Shown here in pieces: positions 20,997-32,361 of a stretch of 64,000 nt of DNA (its first letter is position 1; each line of letters begins with the position of its first letter). The stretch lies in NCBI GenBank assembly GCA_963827655.1, contig CAWHCF010000050.1, positions 32,001-96,000 of the forward strand. Reading direction: 5' to 3'. The DNA is from an uncultured Acidobacteriota bacterium. Lineage in GTDB: Bacteria; Acidobacteriota; UBA6911. A program made the translations under genes and the position numbers. The notes beneath the pieces were generated by a model, which did not search any database, had not been told where the DNA came from, and was given only the letters and a program-made list of their open reading frames with translations.

Positions 20997-22127
20997 ATGG
21001 AACGCCGTGACTTTCTTCGCCGGGCCGCCGAGCTTGCTGTGGCCGGTCTCGCGACCGGCGCCGTTCCGGTGGCGGCGCAGTCCACGCCTGTCGTTCGCTC
21101 AGTGCTCGGTCCAGTCCCACCGGACCAGCTCGGCGCCGTGCTGATGCACGAGCACGCTGCGACGGTCGATTGGTCGGAATTGTACGAGACGCCGGCGGCG
21201 CCGGTCGGGCCCCCGGGTAGCGAGATCGAAGCGACTCTGCTCAATCACGCCGAAGCGACTCTGCGTGCCTGGCACGACAGCCTGCCCGAACCGCTCCGGC
21301 CGGGCACGATTGTCGATGCCACGCCGATCCGTGTCGGGCGCCATCCTTCGCTCCTCGTGAAGCTCGCGCGCCGCGTTCCGGTACGCATCGTGGCCTGCAC
21401 GGGATTCTGGTGCGAGGCGATGGCACCGCAGCATCCCTGGGCGCTGCGTCTCGGCCTCGAAAAGGACGGCGTGCGGCGCATCGCCAACCTCTACATCCGC
21501 GAAATCCGGGACGGCATGGAGGACCCGGCCGCCCCGTGGGGCGCTCGATTCACCGGAGTTCGCGCCGGCATCATCAAGTGCGCGACCAGCGCGTACCTGC
21601 GGCCGAGCGAACGACGTTGCCACGAGGCCGCGGCGATCGCCTGCCGGGAAACCGGCTGTCCGATCACCACCCACACCACCAACGGCGGCGGCCTCGAACA
21701 AGCCCAGCTCTTCCTCAAGAACGGCGTCAAGCCCGAGAAGATCATCATCGGCCATATGGGAAACATGGACGATCGGGAGCATGCGGAGCCGAGCGACTAC
21801 CACCGCCGCATCGCCGAGCTCGGCTGTTACGTGCAGTTCGACCGTGTCGGCCATTCCCAGTACCAGGTTGAAAAGATGGCGAGGCTGATCAAGGCTCTCG
21901 CTGATGCGGGTCATGCCGACCGCCTGCTCGTCGGCCACGATCATGTCCCGTCCGCCTATCGCCGGTATGCCGATGCGGAAAAACCCGCCGCCGGCTGGCA
22001 GCAGAACAAGGTGGATTTTTCCATCGCGACGACGCGGCTGACGTCGGCGCTCGGTGAGCTCGGAGTGTCGGGAAATGTTGTGCGCGCGATGCTGGTCGAG
22101 AACCCGCGTCGCGTGTTGGCGTTTTGA
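20997..22127 (+). CDS. Phosphotriesterase-family amidohydrolase with Tat signal
   Basis: ERRDFLR Tat motif; metal-ligand motifs HEH, GIIKCA, THT, IGH and GHD; VENP C-terminus. Confidence 0.9.
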   Translation: MERRDFLRRAAELAVAGLATGAVPVAAQSTPVVRSVLGPVPPDQLGAVLMHEHAATVDWSELYETPAAPVGPPGSEIEATLLNHAEATLRAWHDSLPEPLRPGTIVDATPIRVGRHPSLLVKLARRVPVRIVACTGFWCEAMAPQHPWALRLGLEKDGVRRIANLYIREIRDGMEDPAAPWGARFTGVRAGIIKCATSAYLRPSERRCHEAAAIACRETGCPITTHTTNGGGLEQAQLFLKNGVKPEKIIIGHMGNMDDREHAEPSDYHRRIAELGCYVQFDRVGHSQYQVEKMARLIKALADAGHADRLLVGHDHVPSAYRRYADAEKPAAGWQQNKVDFSIATTRLTSALGELGVSGNVVRAMLVENPRRVLAF

Positions 22128-22183
22128 TCCAGCGTCCGTGCATGGCTTTGCCAAGTGGCGACTCACGGCCATAGCTCGCTTCT

Positions 22184-22278
22184 GCCCGTCGCAAGTAAAG
22201 TAATCGGTATGTCTTAGCCTAACAAGTTGAGTTGTGCCCCCTCGGGAGCCGGACGGCTTGATAGCCCGTCCGTACATG
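22184..22278. repeat. Bipartite repeat, copy 1 (arm A + hairpin B)
   Basis: gcccgtcgcaagtaaagtaatcggtatgtcttagcctaacaagtt...gtgccccctcgggagccggacggcttgatagcccgtccgtacatg. Confidence 0.8.
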
Positions 22279-22310
22279 AACCGGGGGAGGTTTTGCAACG
22301 GTCTGATCAG

Positions 22311-22403
22311 GCCCGTCGCAAACGTAATCGGTATGCCTTAACCTTAAAAAGTTCAGTAGTGCCCCTCGGAAGCCGGACGGGCTTGATAGCCCGTCCGCAC
22401 ATG
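22311..22403. repeat. Bipartite repeat, copy 2 (arm A + hairpin B)
   Basis: gcccgtcgcaaacgtaatcggtatgccttaaccttaaaaagttcagtagtgcccctcggaagccGGACGGGCttgataGCCCGTCCgcacatg. Confidence 0.8.
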
Positions 22404-22476
22404 TATTGGCAGGTTTTCCGTTTTCGGTTAATCCGGAACCTGCGGGAGTCTTGGAGGGGACGACCGGAGTCGACCG

Positions 22477-25400
22477 TCAGTAGCGTCTGATACTGGACCA
22501 GGGCAACGGCGACAAATTTCTTGCCTCGCTCCCCAACCAGAACCATCGAACCTCGGAATCTCGGTTGCGTGACGCTGAACTGGTGCAGGAACCGCGACGC
22601 CTGCGCTCCCTGGGCCGAGCGGGTTCAGCTGCCGGAGGAGCGATCAGATCCATGATCACTCCATTTTCGTCGAGCACCCAAAGCCGGATGTTGACGTTTT
22701 CGTTTGTGGGATTCGAAACCGCGAAGCCCGGCTGGAACGGCCTTGTGTGAGCTCATTGTCCACCGTGATCGTAGCCGCGTTGATTGGATAGCCGCCGAAT
22801 ACACCCGCCGTGCTCTCCAGGACGTCGCGCGGCGTGTATTCGAAGGAAGCGAAGCCGCTCAGGTAACCGGTCGACGATACCAGGCGAGCCCAGCCGACCC
22901 GAAGCGGGTCCGAAGGATTGAGCGGAGCAACCCGGAGAATCCTGGTTCCGCCCGGAGGGACGGAATACGGAAATGAAGAGCCGACGATATCCAGGGGCGG
23001 AGGCGAAGAGGACTGAGCCGACGAAGTGGAAGATTCGGTCAGTGAAACCTGGAAAGGACCGCCGTTCTGATCGGTGAAAATGAGATCTCCGGTTGCTGTC
23101 TCGGCTCCGGTGTTGGAGATGACCAGGCCGGCCAGGTAGCCTCCGCCCACCGTGATGTGCGAGAAGGTGTAGGGGCCGGCGCTCTCGATCGTCGTGACAT
23201 CACTGACCGAGTCGCTAGCGTCGTCTCCGCCGCCCGAGACCGTTGCCGTATTGGTAATCGAGGGCGCGGCATCCGGCGCAACCGTCACCGTCAGAAGAAT
23301 CGCCGGATAGCTGGCTGCCTGGCGCCAGAGGGTCGCTCCGGACGCAGCTGACAGTCTGCCCGCCGATCGTGCAGGTCCAGCCCGAGCCGGCTGCAGCAGT
23401 CGGTTTCAGTCCCGCTGGGACTGGTCTTCGACCTTCACCTGGCCGTTGGTCGCCTCTTGCCCGGAGTTGGTGACCACGAGCGTGTAGATCGCGCCCGTCT
23501 GTCCCCGGGTGAAGGTCGCCGAGTGCGTCTTCGTGAGGGTGAGGTCAGGGCGCTGGCGAAGTGTTTCTGAGTCCTCGGCCGTATTGTTCCCACGGTTGAC
23601 GTCTGCCTGATGCGAGACCTGGGCAATGTTGATTATCGTTGACCCGACTGGGACGTCCGCGACATCCGTGGTAATCGTGATGTTGGGGTAACTCGCCCCC
23701 GCAGCAAGGACGTCACTCCGGGAGCAGTCCACGGTCCGGCCTGAGATTTCGCAGTTCCAGCCTCCGCCCGAGCTGCTGTGGCCGTCAACTCATCGGGCAG
23801 CTCGTCGGTGACTCTGACAGTCCCTTCGGTAGGTCCGCCGCTCTGGTTGGCGACCGCAATGATAAATATCACCCCCTTCTGACCCGGCGCGAAGCTGTTC
23901 GGGTGGCTTTTCACTATGGTCAGATCAGGGCCGCGGTCAACCGTTGCCGTATCGGTTGTGGTGTTATTGGCCGAAATGACTCCGGCCCGCGGATACAATC
24001 GCCCTGTTGGTTACCGACTGAGGAGCGTTAGGTGCGACATCCACTATGACCGTGACCGGCGCGTAACTCGCTCCCGGGGCCAGAGGGTCGCTTCGAGTAC
24101 AGGTAATAGTCCTGCCGGAGATAGTGCAGGTCGAGCTGTCACCGCTGGCTTCAGCGGGAGTCAGTCCCCCAGGGAGAAGATCGACCAGGGTTACGGTGCC
24201 GTCGGTTGGCGCGATTCCGGTGTTGGTCACGGTCATGGTGAATACTGCTCCGGCCTGCCCCTGCTTGAAACTACCCGTGTGACTCTTCGTGACAGTCAGA
24301 TCGGGGCCGCTGGTGATCGTGGTGGCATCTGTAGCGGTGTTATTTGTGGTTTCGCTGTCTCCGCCGCCGCTGAGGGTCGCTGTGTTGGTTACGGATGCGG
24401 GTGCGTCGACGGCAACGTCCACGTTGAGTGTGATTGCAGGATAGCTGGCGCCAGGAGCCAGAGCGCATCTCGCCTGCAGGTAACCGTCGCGGGTGCGATC
24501 GGGCACGTCTATCCGGTGCCGGTGGATCGACCGACCACGTGACCGGCAGGGTCCCGGTCGATCAGGGTGACGGTGCCGCTGGTCGGAGCGCCGCCGTTGT
24601 TCTGCACCGTCAAGGTGTAGGTGGCTCCCGTCTGTTTCTGAGCAAAATTGCCGGTGTAGCGATTTGAGACGGCCAGGTCTGGCCCCGCAACACGCTGGTC
24701 GGGTCGGTTGCCGTATTGTTGGCGGCATTGATGCCCCCGCAGCCGGAGAGTTGGGCAGTATTGGTTACCGAGGCCGCGGCTGGATGACACGTTCAGCGTG
24801 AGCGTAATGGGCGGGTAACTGGCTCCCCCTGCCAGCGCATCGCTCCTTTGACATAGGATGGAGTCGCTGACGATGGTGCAGGTCCAGCCGGCGCCGCTGG
24901 CTGCAGTCGGCGTGAGACCAGCCGGGACATTGTCGGTCACGGTGACGGTACAGGTCGTCGGGCCCACGCCCTGGTTAGTCACCGTTACGGTGTAAGTGGC
25001 TCCCGTCTGCCCCTTCGTGAAGTTTCCGGTGTGGGTCTTCGTTAGGGTCAAATCGGGACCGACGGTAATCGTGGTGGGGTCGCTGCCTGTGTTGTTGGCC
25101 TCGTCGGTGTCCCCACAGCTCGAGACCCGCCGGTATTCGTGATCGAGGCGGGTGCATTGGCGGCAACCTTCACCGTCAGGGTAATCGGCGGATAACTGCT
25201 TCCAGGAGCCAGGGAGTCGCTCCTCGAACAACTGGTGCCGTTCGTGCAAGTCCAGCCTGGCCTCTCGGCGGACACAGGTAGAATCGAGGAAGGATATCGA
25301 TCACAGTCACCAGACCATGGTCGGCCCTTGGCGGGTGTTGGTGATTGTTGCGGTGTAGGTCCCGGTCAGTAACTGGATGAGATGCCGGTGTGGCTCTTCG

Positions 25401-28400
25401 TGATCGTTAAGTCCGTGTCAGCCACAATAGAAGCCGTGTCGGGTCGGTAAGTCGTCGCGCTGGACGGCGCCGACCTTGATATCGACATGTTCGTACTGGC
25501 AACCGGAGCGTTCGCTGCATGTTGAGCGTGATCGTGATCGGTGGATAAGCACGCCGGGCCGCCAGCGCATCGCTCCTCTCGCAACGGACGAGCTGACCCA
25601 AAACAATGCAGGTCCACCCGGAACCGCTGGCGGCCGTTGGAATGAGCGGGTCCGGCATGAGGTCCTGTACAGTGACGGGGCTGGTGGTCGAACTGTTTCC
25701 ATTGTTGCTCACGGTAACGATGTAGGTCGCTCCGGTCTGTCCTGGGTGAAGTTGCCCGTGTGAGTCTTGGTCACGGAAAAGTTAGGCCCAAGGGTAATGG
25801 CGGTGACATCGTTGGCTGTGTTATTGGACGAATCGCCATCGCCGCCGCCGGAGACCGTCGCCGTATTGGTGACCAACTCGGGTGCGTTGTTGTCAACGTT
25901 CACCGTCAGGGTAATGGGTGGATAACTGCTTCCAGGCGCCAGGGCATCGTTCCTGGTACAACTCCCCTGGCCGCAAGTCCAGCCCGGCCCGCCGGCCGCC
26001 TGGCGTTGAGTCCTGCGGAAGGATGTCGATCACAGTGACCGGACCGTTAGTTGGCCCGACGCCGAGTTGGTTATCGTGACCGTGTAGGTTGCCCCGATCT
26101 GCCCCTGGATGAAGTTGCCGGTGTGGCTCTTGGTGATGGTCAAGTCGGGCCCAGGGCCAACCAGCGTGATATCGGTGGCCGCGTTGTTGCCTGGATTAAC
26201 GTCACCACCGCCTGAAATGGCTGCCATGTTCGTCACCAACACGGGCGCGTTCGGCTGAACATTGACTGTCAAGGTGATCGGCGGATAGCTCTGGTTTCCA
26301 TCCAGAGGATCGCTCCGGCTGCAGGTCACGTTCTGCGCCGAAACAACTTGCAGGTCCAGCCCGCGCCGGTTGCGGCGGTCGGCACGAGTGCCGCGGGCAC
26401 GCTATCGCTTATCGTCACGGCGCCGGTGGTCGGTGCAGTGCCCCGGTAGGTTCCGGTGATGGTTTAGGTCGCCCGGTCTGTCCCTGCCGGAAGCTGCCGG
26501 AATGGCTTTTCGTGACGGTCAGGTCGGGGCCGGGCCCTACCGCCGCGACGTCGGTGGACGAAGCTGTTGCCCGTATTGACTTCGCCCCCTCCCGAGACTA
26601 TCGCCGTGTTGGACAGCGAGGACGGGGCGCTGGCCGAGACGTTCACCGTGAGGGTGATGACGGGATAACTGGCGCCGGCATTCAGAGCGTCGCTTCGCGA
26701 ACAGCTCACTTTCTGGCCGGCGACGTTGCACCCCAGCAAGCGCCGACAGCCGTCGTCGCCGTGAACCTCGCCGGTAAGGCGTCGCTTTCTGTAACGGGTC
26801 GTGCTGTCGGCGCGCTGCCTATGTTCGAGACCGTGAGGCTGTAGGTTGCCCAACTGCGTCTGAACGAGGCTGCCCGTATGCTCTTGGTGATGGTCAGATC
26901 CGGCACCCCGGTAAACGGTAGTCGGATCCGTGACCGTGTTGCCACCGGGATCGACATCACCGCCTCCGGCCAGCTGAGCCGTGTTGATCAGCATTGCCGG
27001 GGCGTTCATCGCGACGTCCACCATGATGGTGACCGGGGGATAGCTAGCGCCGGGGTTCAAAGCGTCGCTGCGCATGCAAGTGACACTCTGGCCCCCCACC
27101 GTGCACGACCAGCCCGCACCGGTGGCCGACGTCGGCGTCAACCCTGCCGGAACGGTGTCGATCAAAGTCACCGGGCCGCTGGATGGGGAGCCGCCGGTAT
27201 TGCTGACCGTCAGGATATAGACTGCTCCTGTTTGCCCTGGGTGAAGTTGCCCGTGTGGCTCTTGGTCATGGTCAGGTTGGGCCCGGCACCGATTGCCGTG
27301 ACATCGCCCGCAGTGTTGTTCGCCTGGTTGACATCGGAGGCGCCGGACGACGCTGACCGTTTTTGTGACCGATGGCGGAGCGTTGGGCTGAACACTGATG
27401 GTCAAGGTATTGGGCGGGAAGCTCTGTCCTGAAGCAAGAGCATCGCTCCGGCTGCAGGGGATCGTGTGATCCGAAACATTGCAGGTCCAGCCTGAGCCGG
27501 CCGCGATCACCGAATCGAGTCCGTCGGGCAGGGTGTCGGTCATCGTGACGGCGCCGCTGCTCGGCGTGCCGCCGGCATTAGAGACCGTGACGGTGTAGAC
27601 TCCCGCGTCTGCCCTGGATGAAGCTGCCGACATGAGTCTTGGTGAGAGTGCGAGTCGGCTGGGGTGAAATCACGGTGTTATCCACCGCCTCGTTGTCCGT
27701 TACCTCGAGTCCCCCGACAGAAATGCCTTCCGAGCCGAAGACTGTTGCCCTGTTTGCTACCGACGCCCCCGCGGTGCTCTGGATATTCACGGTCAGCGTG
27801 ATCGCCGGGTAACTTCCTCCGGGCGCGAACACGTCGCTTCGGGAGCAGCTGACGGACCAGGGAGAGATACTGCAGGTCCAGCCTGTGAAGCTCGCCATTG
27901 TGGCAACCAGTCCGGGGGCAAGTCGTCAACAACCGTTAATGTGCCACTCGTCGGCTCGGCTCCGGCTTGGAGACGGTCACGACGTAAGTTCCTGTCTGTC
28001 CCTGGGTGAAATTGCCGGTATGGGTCTTCGTGATCTTCAGGTTAGCGCAGGTAGTATGGTCGTGGTATCGGTTCTGTATTGTTCGAAGGATCCGCGTCGC
28101 CGCCGCCGATGACTCTGGCAATGTTAATGACAGAAGCAGGGGCGTCGGGGGCGACCCTCACGGTGATCGTGAGGGGCGGGTACTCGCTCCGGGCGTGAGC
28201 GGGTCGCTCCTTCGGCATCCGATAGACGGACCCAAAGCATCGCAGGTCCAGCCGGGTCCGCTGGCAGCGGTCTGAGTCAGCGCAGGGAATATGGGGTCAA
28301 CGAAAGAAGCCGTGCCGGAGGTCAGGGCAGCGCCACGGTTGGTCACGGTGATGGTGTAGACAGCTCCGCTTTGCCCCTGTGGTGAAGTTCCCCGTGTGGG

Positions 28401-29879
28401 TTTTGGCAACGGTCAAGTTGGATCGCCGCTGATGGCCGTGACCAGCGTCACGGAATTATTGGCCGAATTGAGGTCCCCGCCGCCGCCGGCCGTTGCCATG
28501 TTCGTACCGATGCCGGGGCAGTGTCCGACACCGACCGTGAGAGTGATCGGCGGGTAGGCGGCTCCCGGGCCCAGGGGGTCGGCTGCGAGTGCAGGTGGCC
28601 GTGCTTCCGGAGATGCCGCAGGTCGACCTGAACCGCTGACCGCGGTTGGCGTCAGCCCGGCGGGTAGATTATCGATTACGGTAACGGTGCCGCTGGTGGC
28701 GGCTCCTCCGGTATTGGTCACAGTCAGCGTGTACGCGGCGCCGACCTGCCCCTGAGTGAAACTGCCGGCAGCAGTTTTGGTGATGGCAAGATCCGGGTCA
28801 GCGACAATGGTCGTGTTATCGGTGGCGGTATTGTTTTGCGTATCGCCGTCGCCGCCACCCGACACGATGGCCGAATTCAATACCGACGCAGGAGCGTTCA
28901 GGCGGAGATTGACCTTCCTGGTGATCGCCGTGTAGCTGCCTCACGGGCTCAGAGAGTCGTTTCGGGTGCAGGTCGTGGTGCTGCCAGAGACGTTGCAGTT
29001 CCAGCCGGGACCAGCGGCTGATACTGGAGTGAGACCCGCAGGAACATTGTCCACAACCGTGACAGTGCCGGTCGTGGCTACAACGCCGCTATTCCGCACC
29101 ATCAGGGTGTAGGCCGCCCCGCTCTGTCCCTGGGTGAAACTCCCGGTGTGGCTCTTGGTTATGCTCAGGTCAGGCGGGGCGCTCAGGCCGCTATTGTACA
29201 TACCGAAGAATTGTATTCCGGGACGTTCTTCAGACACGCCCTGGAAATAATCGAGATAGAGAATGTTGCCGGTCAGGGTGAATCCTGAGGTATACATGGC
29301 TGGATCGCTGATCAGCGCAAAACTCATCCCCCTGGTGGACAACCTGAATGGTTCCGAGATTTGTAGAGGCTCCACCCGTTGTGGTGAGGGCCAGGTTGGT
29401 GATCCTGATTGCCCCATCGTCATCGGGATGCTCTTCGCCATCGTCATGGTCATTGGGATCGTCTTTTGATGAGTGCATATCGATCAACACAGTGTTGACG
29501 GGTTGGTTGGGATTTTTGACTGGAGCTTGAAAATTATAGAATTGGCTGGCGCTTGTCGATCCTGAGGCGAACATTTCTATACGCGTCGGTGATGCGGGCT
29601 GTATACCAGAGTGAAAGAGTTCTGGGCGTTAATGCGGTTGTTCCACAGCATGTCGGCTTCTTTTCGGTTATCCGGATCACTGAGGTCGCCTGAGCCGACG
29701 TAGATTTCGCAGCAATCACCGATGACGCCGAAGTTGCGCAAGCGAGCCCCCCAGCCCCGGTCGATGAGGTCCGGATTGTTGTTCCGCGGATCCTTGTTGC
29801 TTAGAGTGATCGTAGCGGCAAATAAACTGCTCTCGGCGCACACAACTGCCACAGCGATGAAAAGCAGAAGACGTTTCAT
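22477..29879 (-). pseudogene. Second giant DUF11-repeat surface protein, heavily frameshifted (pseudogene or poor consensus)
   Basis: Signal peptide MKRLLLFIAVAVVCAESSLFA at 29879, a unique ~230 aa N-terminal domain, about 16 DUF11 units spread over many short ORFs, and a C-terminal domain (YTFSHITVGGGY...STAGVFGGYPINAAT...GKKFVAVALVQYQ) paralogous to that of gene 1-7474. Confidence 0.82.
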
Positions 29880-30042
29880 AGTAACGTTCCTCAGGGTTCA
29901 AACGGTTACGCTTCTAGCCTGCTGTATACGGATTCTGGGTGAATTGAGCGACTTCTATAGCAGGTCATGTGCCAAGTCAAGCAAATCTAGAATCCGCCCA
30001 AAATGGCGTCGGGGGTTCAACTTCAAAACTGAGAATGTCGCC

Positions 30043-30093
30043 TTGGAGCGCGGTAGCTTGCCACCGCCTTAGTTCGGCGAAGCTTGCTTCGCC
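30043..30093. repeat. REP-like twin hairpins
   Basis: ttggagcGCGGTAGCttGCCACCGC followed by the perfect GGCGAAGCttGCTTCGCC. Confidence 0.55.
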
Positions 30094-30094
30094 A

Positions 30095-30241
30095 CTACCG
30101 GTTCAACCGCGGGGATGGCCCGAGACCGGCCAGCGCCGCCAGCAGGGACAACATCGTAGTTACGCTTCTTCTCATGGCAACTCGTCGCACGAGGACGAGC
30201 TTGGGTTCTGTTGCTCTCTTGACTCTCCTGTTTTCCGTCAT
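30095..30241 (-). pseudogene. 5' stub of a secreted-protein gene
   Basis: GAGGAG RBS and ATG, 48 codons ending in a signal-peptide-like stretch (MRRSVTTMLSLLAALAGLG), then a stop beside the REP-like hairpins. Confidence 0.35.
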
Positions 30242-30371
30242 AGATCTCTCTCCTCTCTTTCAGGACTACCTCACAAAGTGAAGAAATCTAGCTCACAAGT
30301 TGTGGTTGCGGCGCTTTCCATTGGGTTCTGCTCCGATGGCATCCCCGCGGGAAGCAATGGATCTCGACCGG

Positions 30372-30400
30372 TTGACATACTGATGCTCTAGAAGTATTCT
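30372..30400 (+). promoter_or_regulatory. Sigma70 promoter of vapBC (probably leaderless transcript)
   Basis: TTGACA (30372) - 17 bp - TATTCT (30395). ATG lies 7 nt downstream with no RBS. TTGACATA occurs at both 30372 and 30401. Confidence 0.65.
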
Positions 30401-30407
30401 TTGACAT

Positions 30408-30647
30408 ATGAGAACAACCATCAGGCTGTCCGACGATCTGCTCCGCAAGGCGAGGAAAAAGGCTGCCGAGGAGGGGCGAACGGTGACCTCACTTGTCGAA
30501 GAGGGTCTAAAGATCGTGCTCGCCGAATCGAAGCCTCGGAAACGGGCGCGAGTGCGCTTACCTATTTCCAAGGCGTCGGGTGGCACACTTCCGGGCATTG
30601 ACCTGAATCGGTCGAGCGACCTTGAGGATCGGATGGAGGCGCGATGA
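30408..30647 (+). CDS. vapB: VapB-type RHH antitoxin
   Basis: MRTTIRLSDDLLRKARKKAAEEGRTVTSLVEEGL and PGIDL; ATGA overlap with the toxin. Confidence 0.9.
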   Translation: MRTTIRLSDDLLRKARKKAAEEGRTVTSLVEEGLKIVLAESKPRKRARVRLPISKASGGTLPGIDLNRSSDLEDRMEAR

Positions 30648-31069
30648 TCCTTCCCGATGTCAATGTTCTCGTTCACGCTTTCCGATCCGATTCCACCGAT
30701 CATGATCTTTGCCGAAGGTGGCTGAACGAGGTCGTCAATGGCGACTCGCGCTACGGCGTGTCTCCGCAAGTGTTGAGTGGAGTTATCAGGGTGACGACCC
30801 ATCCCAGGGTCTTCTCGCGGCCCAGCGATCTCAGCGAAGTGGTCGGTTTTTGCGAGGTCTTGATGGCTCAACCCCATTGCGTCTTGATCCAACCTGGAGC
30901 TCAGCATTGGTCTATCTTCTCCCGTTTATGCAAAGACGCTGATGCACGTGGCAACCTCGTATCCGATGCCTGGTACGCAGCCTTGGCCATTGAATCCGGC
31001 TGCGAGTGGGTCACTTTGGACAGAGACTACGCTCGGTTCGCCGGAATAAAGTGGCGCCTTCCATCCTGA
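30644..31069 (+). CDS. vapC: VapC PIN-domain toxin
   Basis: MILPDVNVLVHA, GNLVSDAWYAALAIE and TLDRDYARF. Confidence 0.92.
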   Translation: MILPDVNVLVHAFRSDSTDHDLCRRWLNEVVNGDSRYGVSPQVLSGVIRVTTHPRVFSRPSDLSEVVGFCEVLMAQPHCVLIQPGAQHWSIFSRLCKDADARGNLVSDAWYAALAIESGCEWVTLDRDYARFAGIKWRLPS

Positions 31070-31148
31070 CACCGGTCCTCGAGTCTCCTGTTGGTTGCTC
31101 CAATCCGCTCAAGGCCACGGCGTTGGCAAATAGCCACGGTGATGACCC

Positions 31149-32006
31149 ATGGTTCCACGTTTGCAGTACACAGGGCGCGGCGCGTACACGGGCTTTGTCG
31201 ACAACAAGAACACCACGGGCGACACCGACCCGGTGGGCCCTCGTTCGACGGTTCGCATGGTCGCGCCGGCGCCTGGCGTTGAGGCCCCAACCGTCGTCCC
31301 ATATTCGCGCTGGCTGCCGCCTGACGGCCACGCGCTCTGGAACCTGCGCAAGCGCAAAGGAACGAACACGTACGTCCCCTGGGGTCTGATTGGCGGCGAC
31401 AAAGCCACCCAGGATCCTGCGACGACCAATGCGACGCGTGCGACCAACCTTGCCGACCAGCTGGAACTGGAGATGCGCGACAAGTACGGCATGGTGTTCA
31501 CCTGTGAGCCCACGATGACCGACATCGCCACGTACACGCACGGAATGATCCAGGCGATCTACAAGGCGTACACGCTCGGGCCGAGCTGCGTGCCCTACGA
31601 AATCGCGGTCGGGGACGCGACCAAGAAAATGGCCTCGTGTCTGCCGTGCACGTTGTTCATGCACGCGGCGGGTTACCCGCCGACCTCGATTCACCTTGGC
31701 AGTGGCGAGTCGTGGGCCCCGCTGTACGCGCCGTACAATCCGAACGGGCCCACCGAGCCGAACGAGCTCGGGGTAGTCCGGGATCTCAACAACGCTTGGT
31801 ACACCAGGTGTCTCGAGTGGCTAAAGATGGGGCTCGAGATCCTCGACGACGCGCATATCACGGCCGACCACAAGGTAAGCCGCGATGCGGTGCTGGACTA
31901 CCTGAAGACTCACGGTACGGAGCCGACGCTCGGCGGCGTTCTGATTCTCGACGCGGTCACGGTGCACGACTCGGAACTTAATCGCATCAGTCGCACGCTG
32001 CGGTAG
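31149..32006 (+). CDS. Hypothetical protein, possible zinc-dependent deaminase-like fold
   Basis: 285 aa with GC3-biased codons; THGM ... IAVG..TKKMASCLPC (His + CxxC). Start codon uncertain. Confidence 0.65.
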   Translation: MVPRLQYTGRGAYTGFVDNKNTTGDTDPVGPRSTVRMVAPAPGVEAPTVVPYSRWLPPDGHALWNLRKRKGTNTYVPWGLIGGDKATQDPATTNATRATNLADQLELEMRDKYGMVFTCEPTMTDIATYTHGMIQAIYKAYTLGPSCVPYEIAVGDATKKMASCLPCTLFMHAAGYPPTSIHLGSGESWAPLYAPYNPNGPTEPNELGVVRDLNNAWYTRCLEWLKMGLEILDDAHITADHKVSRDAVLDYLKTHGTEPTLGGVLILDAVTVHDSELNRISRTLR

Positions 32007-32120
32007 CGGCAACGCGCGCCATAGGAAAAGACGATCATACCTGCCACGATCCCATACGACCCTTTGCTGGCGCTTTGGACTCGTTCACCAGACCAGGCTC
32101 GAAAACCTGATGTAGACCCT

Positions 32121-32194
32121 GTGGCGACGGGCCATTGGCTCCGAATCGCAAGTAACGTAATCGCTGATGCCTTAACCTTAAAAGTTCGAAGTAG
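32121..32194. repeat. Arm A only of the bipartite repeat
   Basis: gtggcgacgggccattggct...tcgcaagtaacgtaatcgctgatgccttaaccttaaaagttcgaagtag matches 22155-22230 and 22316-22361. Confidence 0.75.
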
Positions 32195-32361
32195 GGCTGC
32201 CGGTCAATCAAGAGCCGTTCGCTGAATTTTTTCACAGATCACTCGAAGACATTGAGCAGGGTTTTGCGTTTTTGAACAAAACACAGGAACCATGGTCAAA
32301 ATGCCCCATTGAATGAGACAATTCTGAATCCAGTTACATACCTGGAGAAAACCGGAGCAAC

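Noticed and set aside
7479-22400. Integron cassette array
   Set aside because: Genes are in mixed orientation, there is no intI, and I found no consistent RYYYAAC...GTTRRRY attC pairs, only isolated matches (e.g. near 10570 and 35580).
22184-22403. CRISPR mini-array
   Set aside because: The repeats are ~95 bp, imperfect and only two in tandem; no cas genes are present.
1-29879. Diversity-generating retroelement acting on the repeat genes or the FISUMP gene
   Set aside because: There is no reverse transcriptase, and I saw no template/variable repeat pair with adenine-specific differences.
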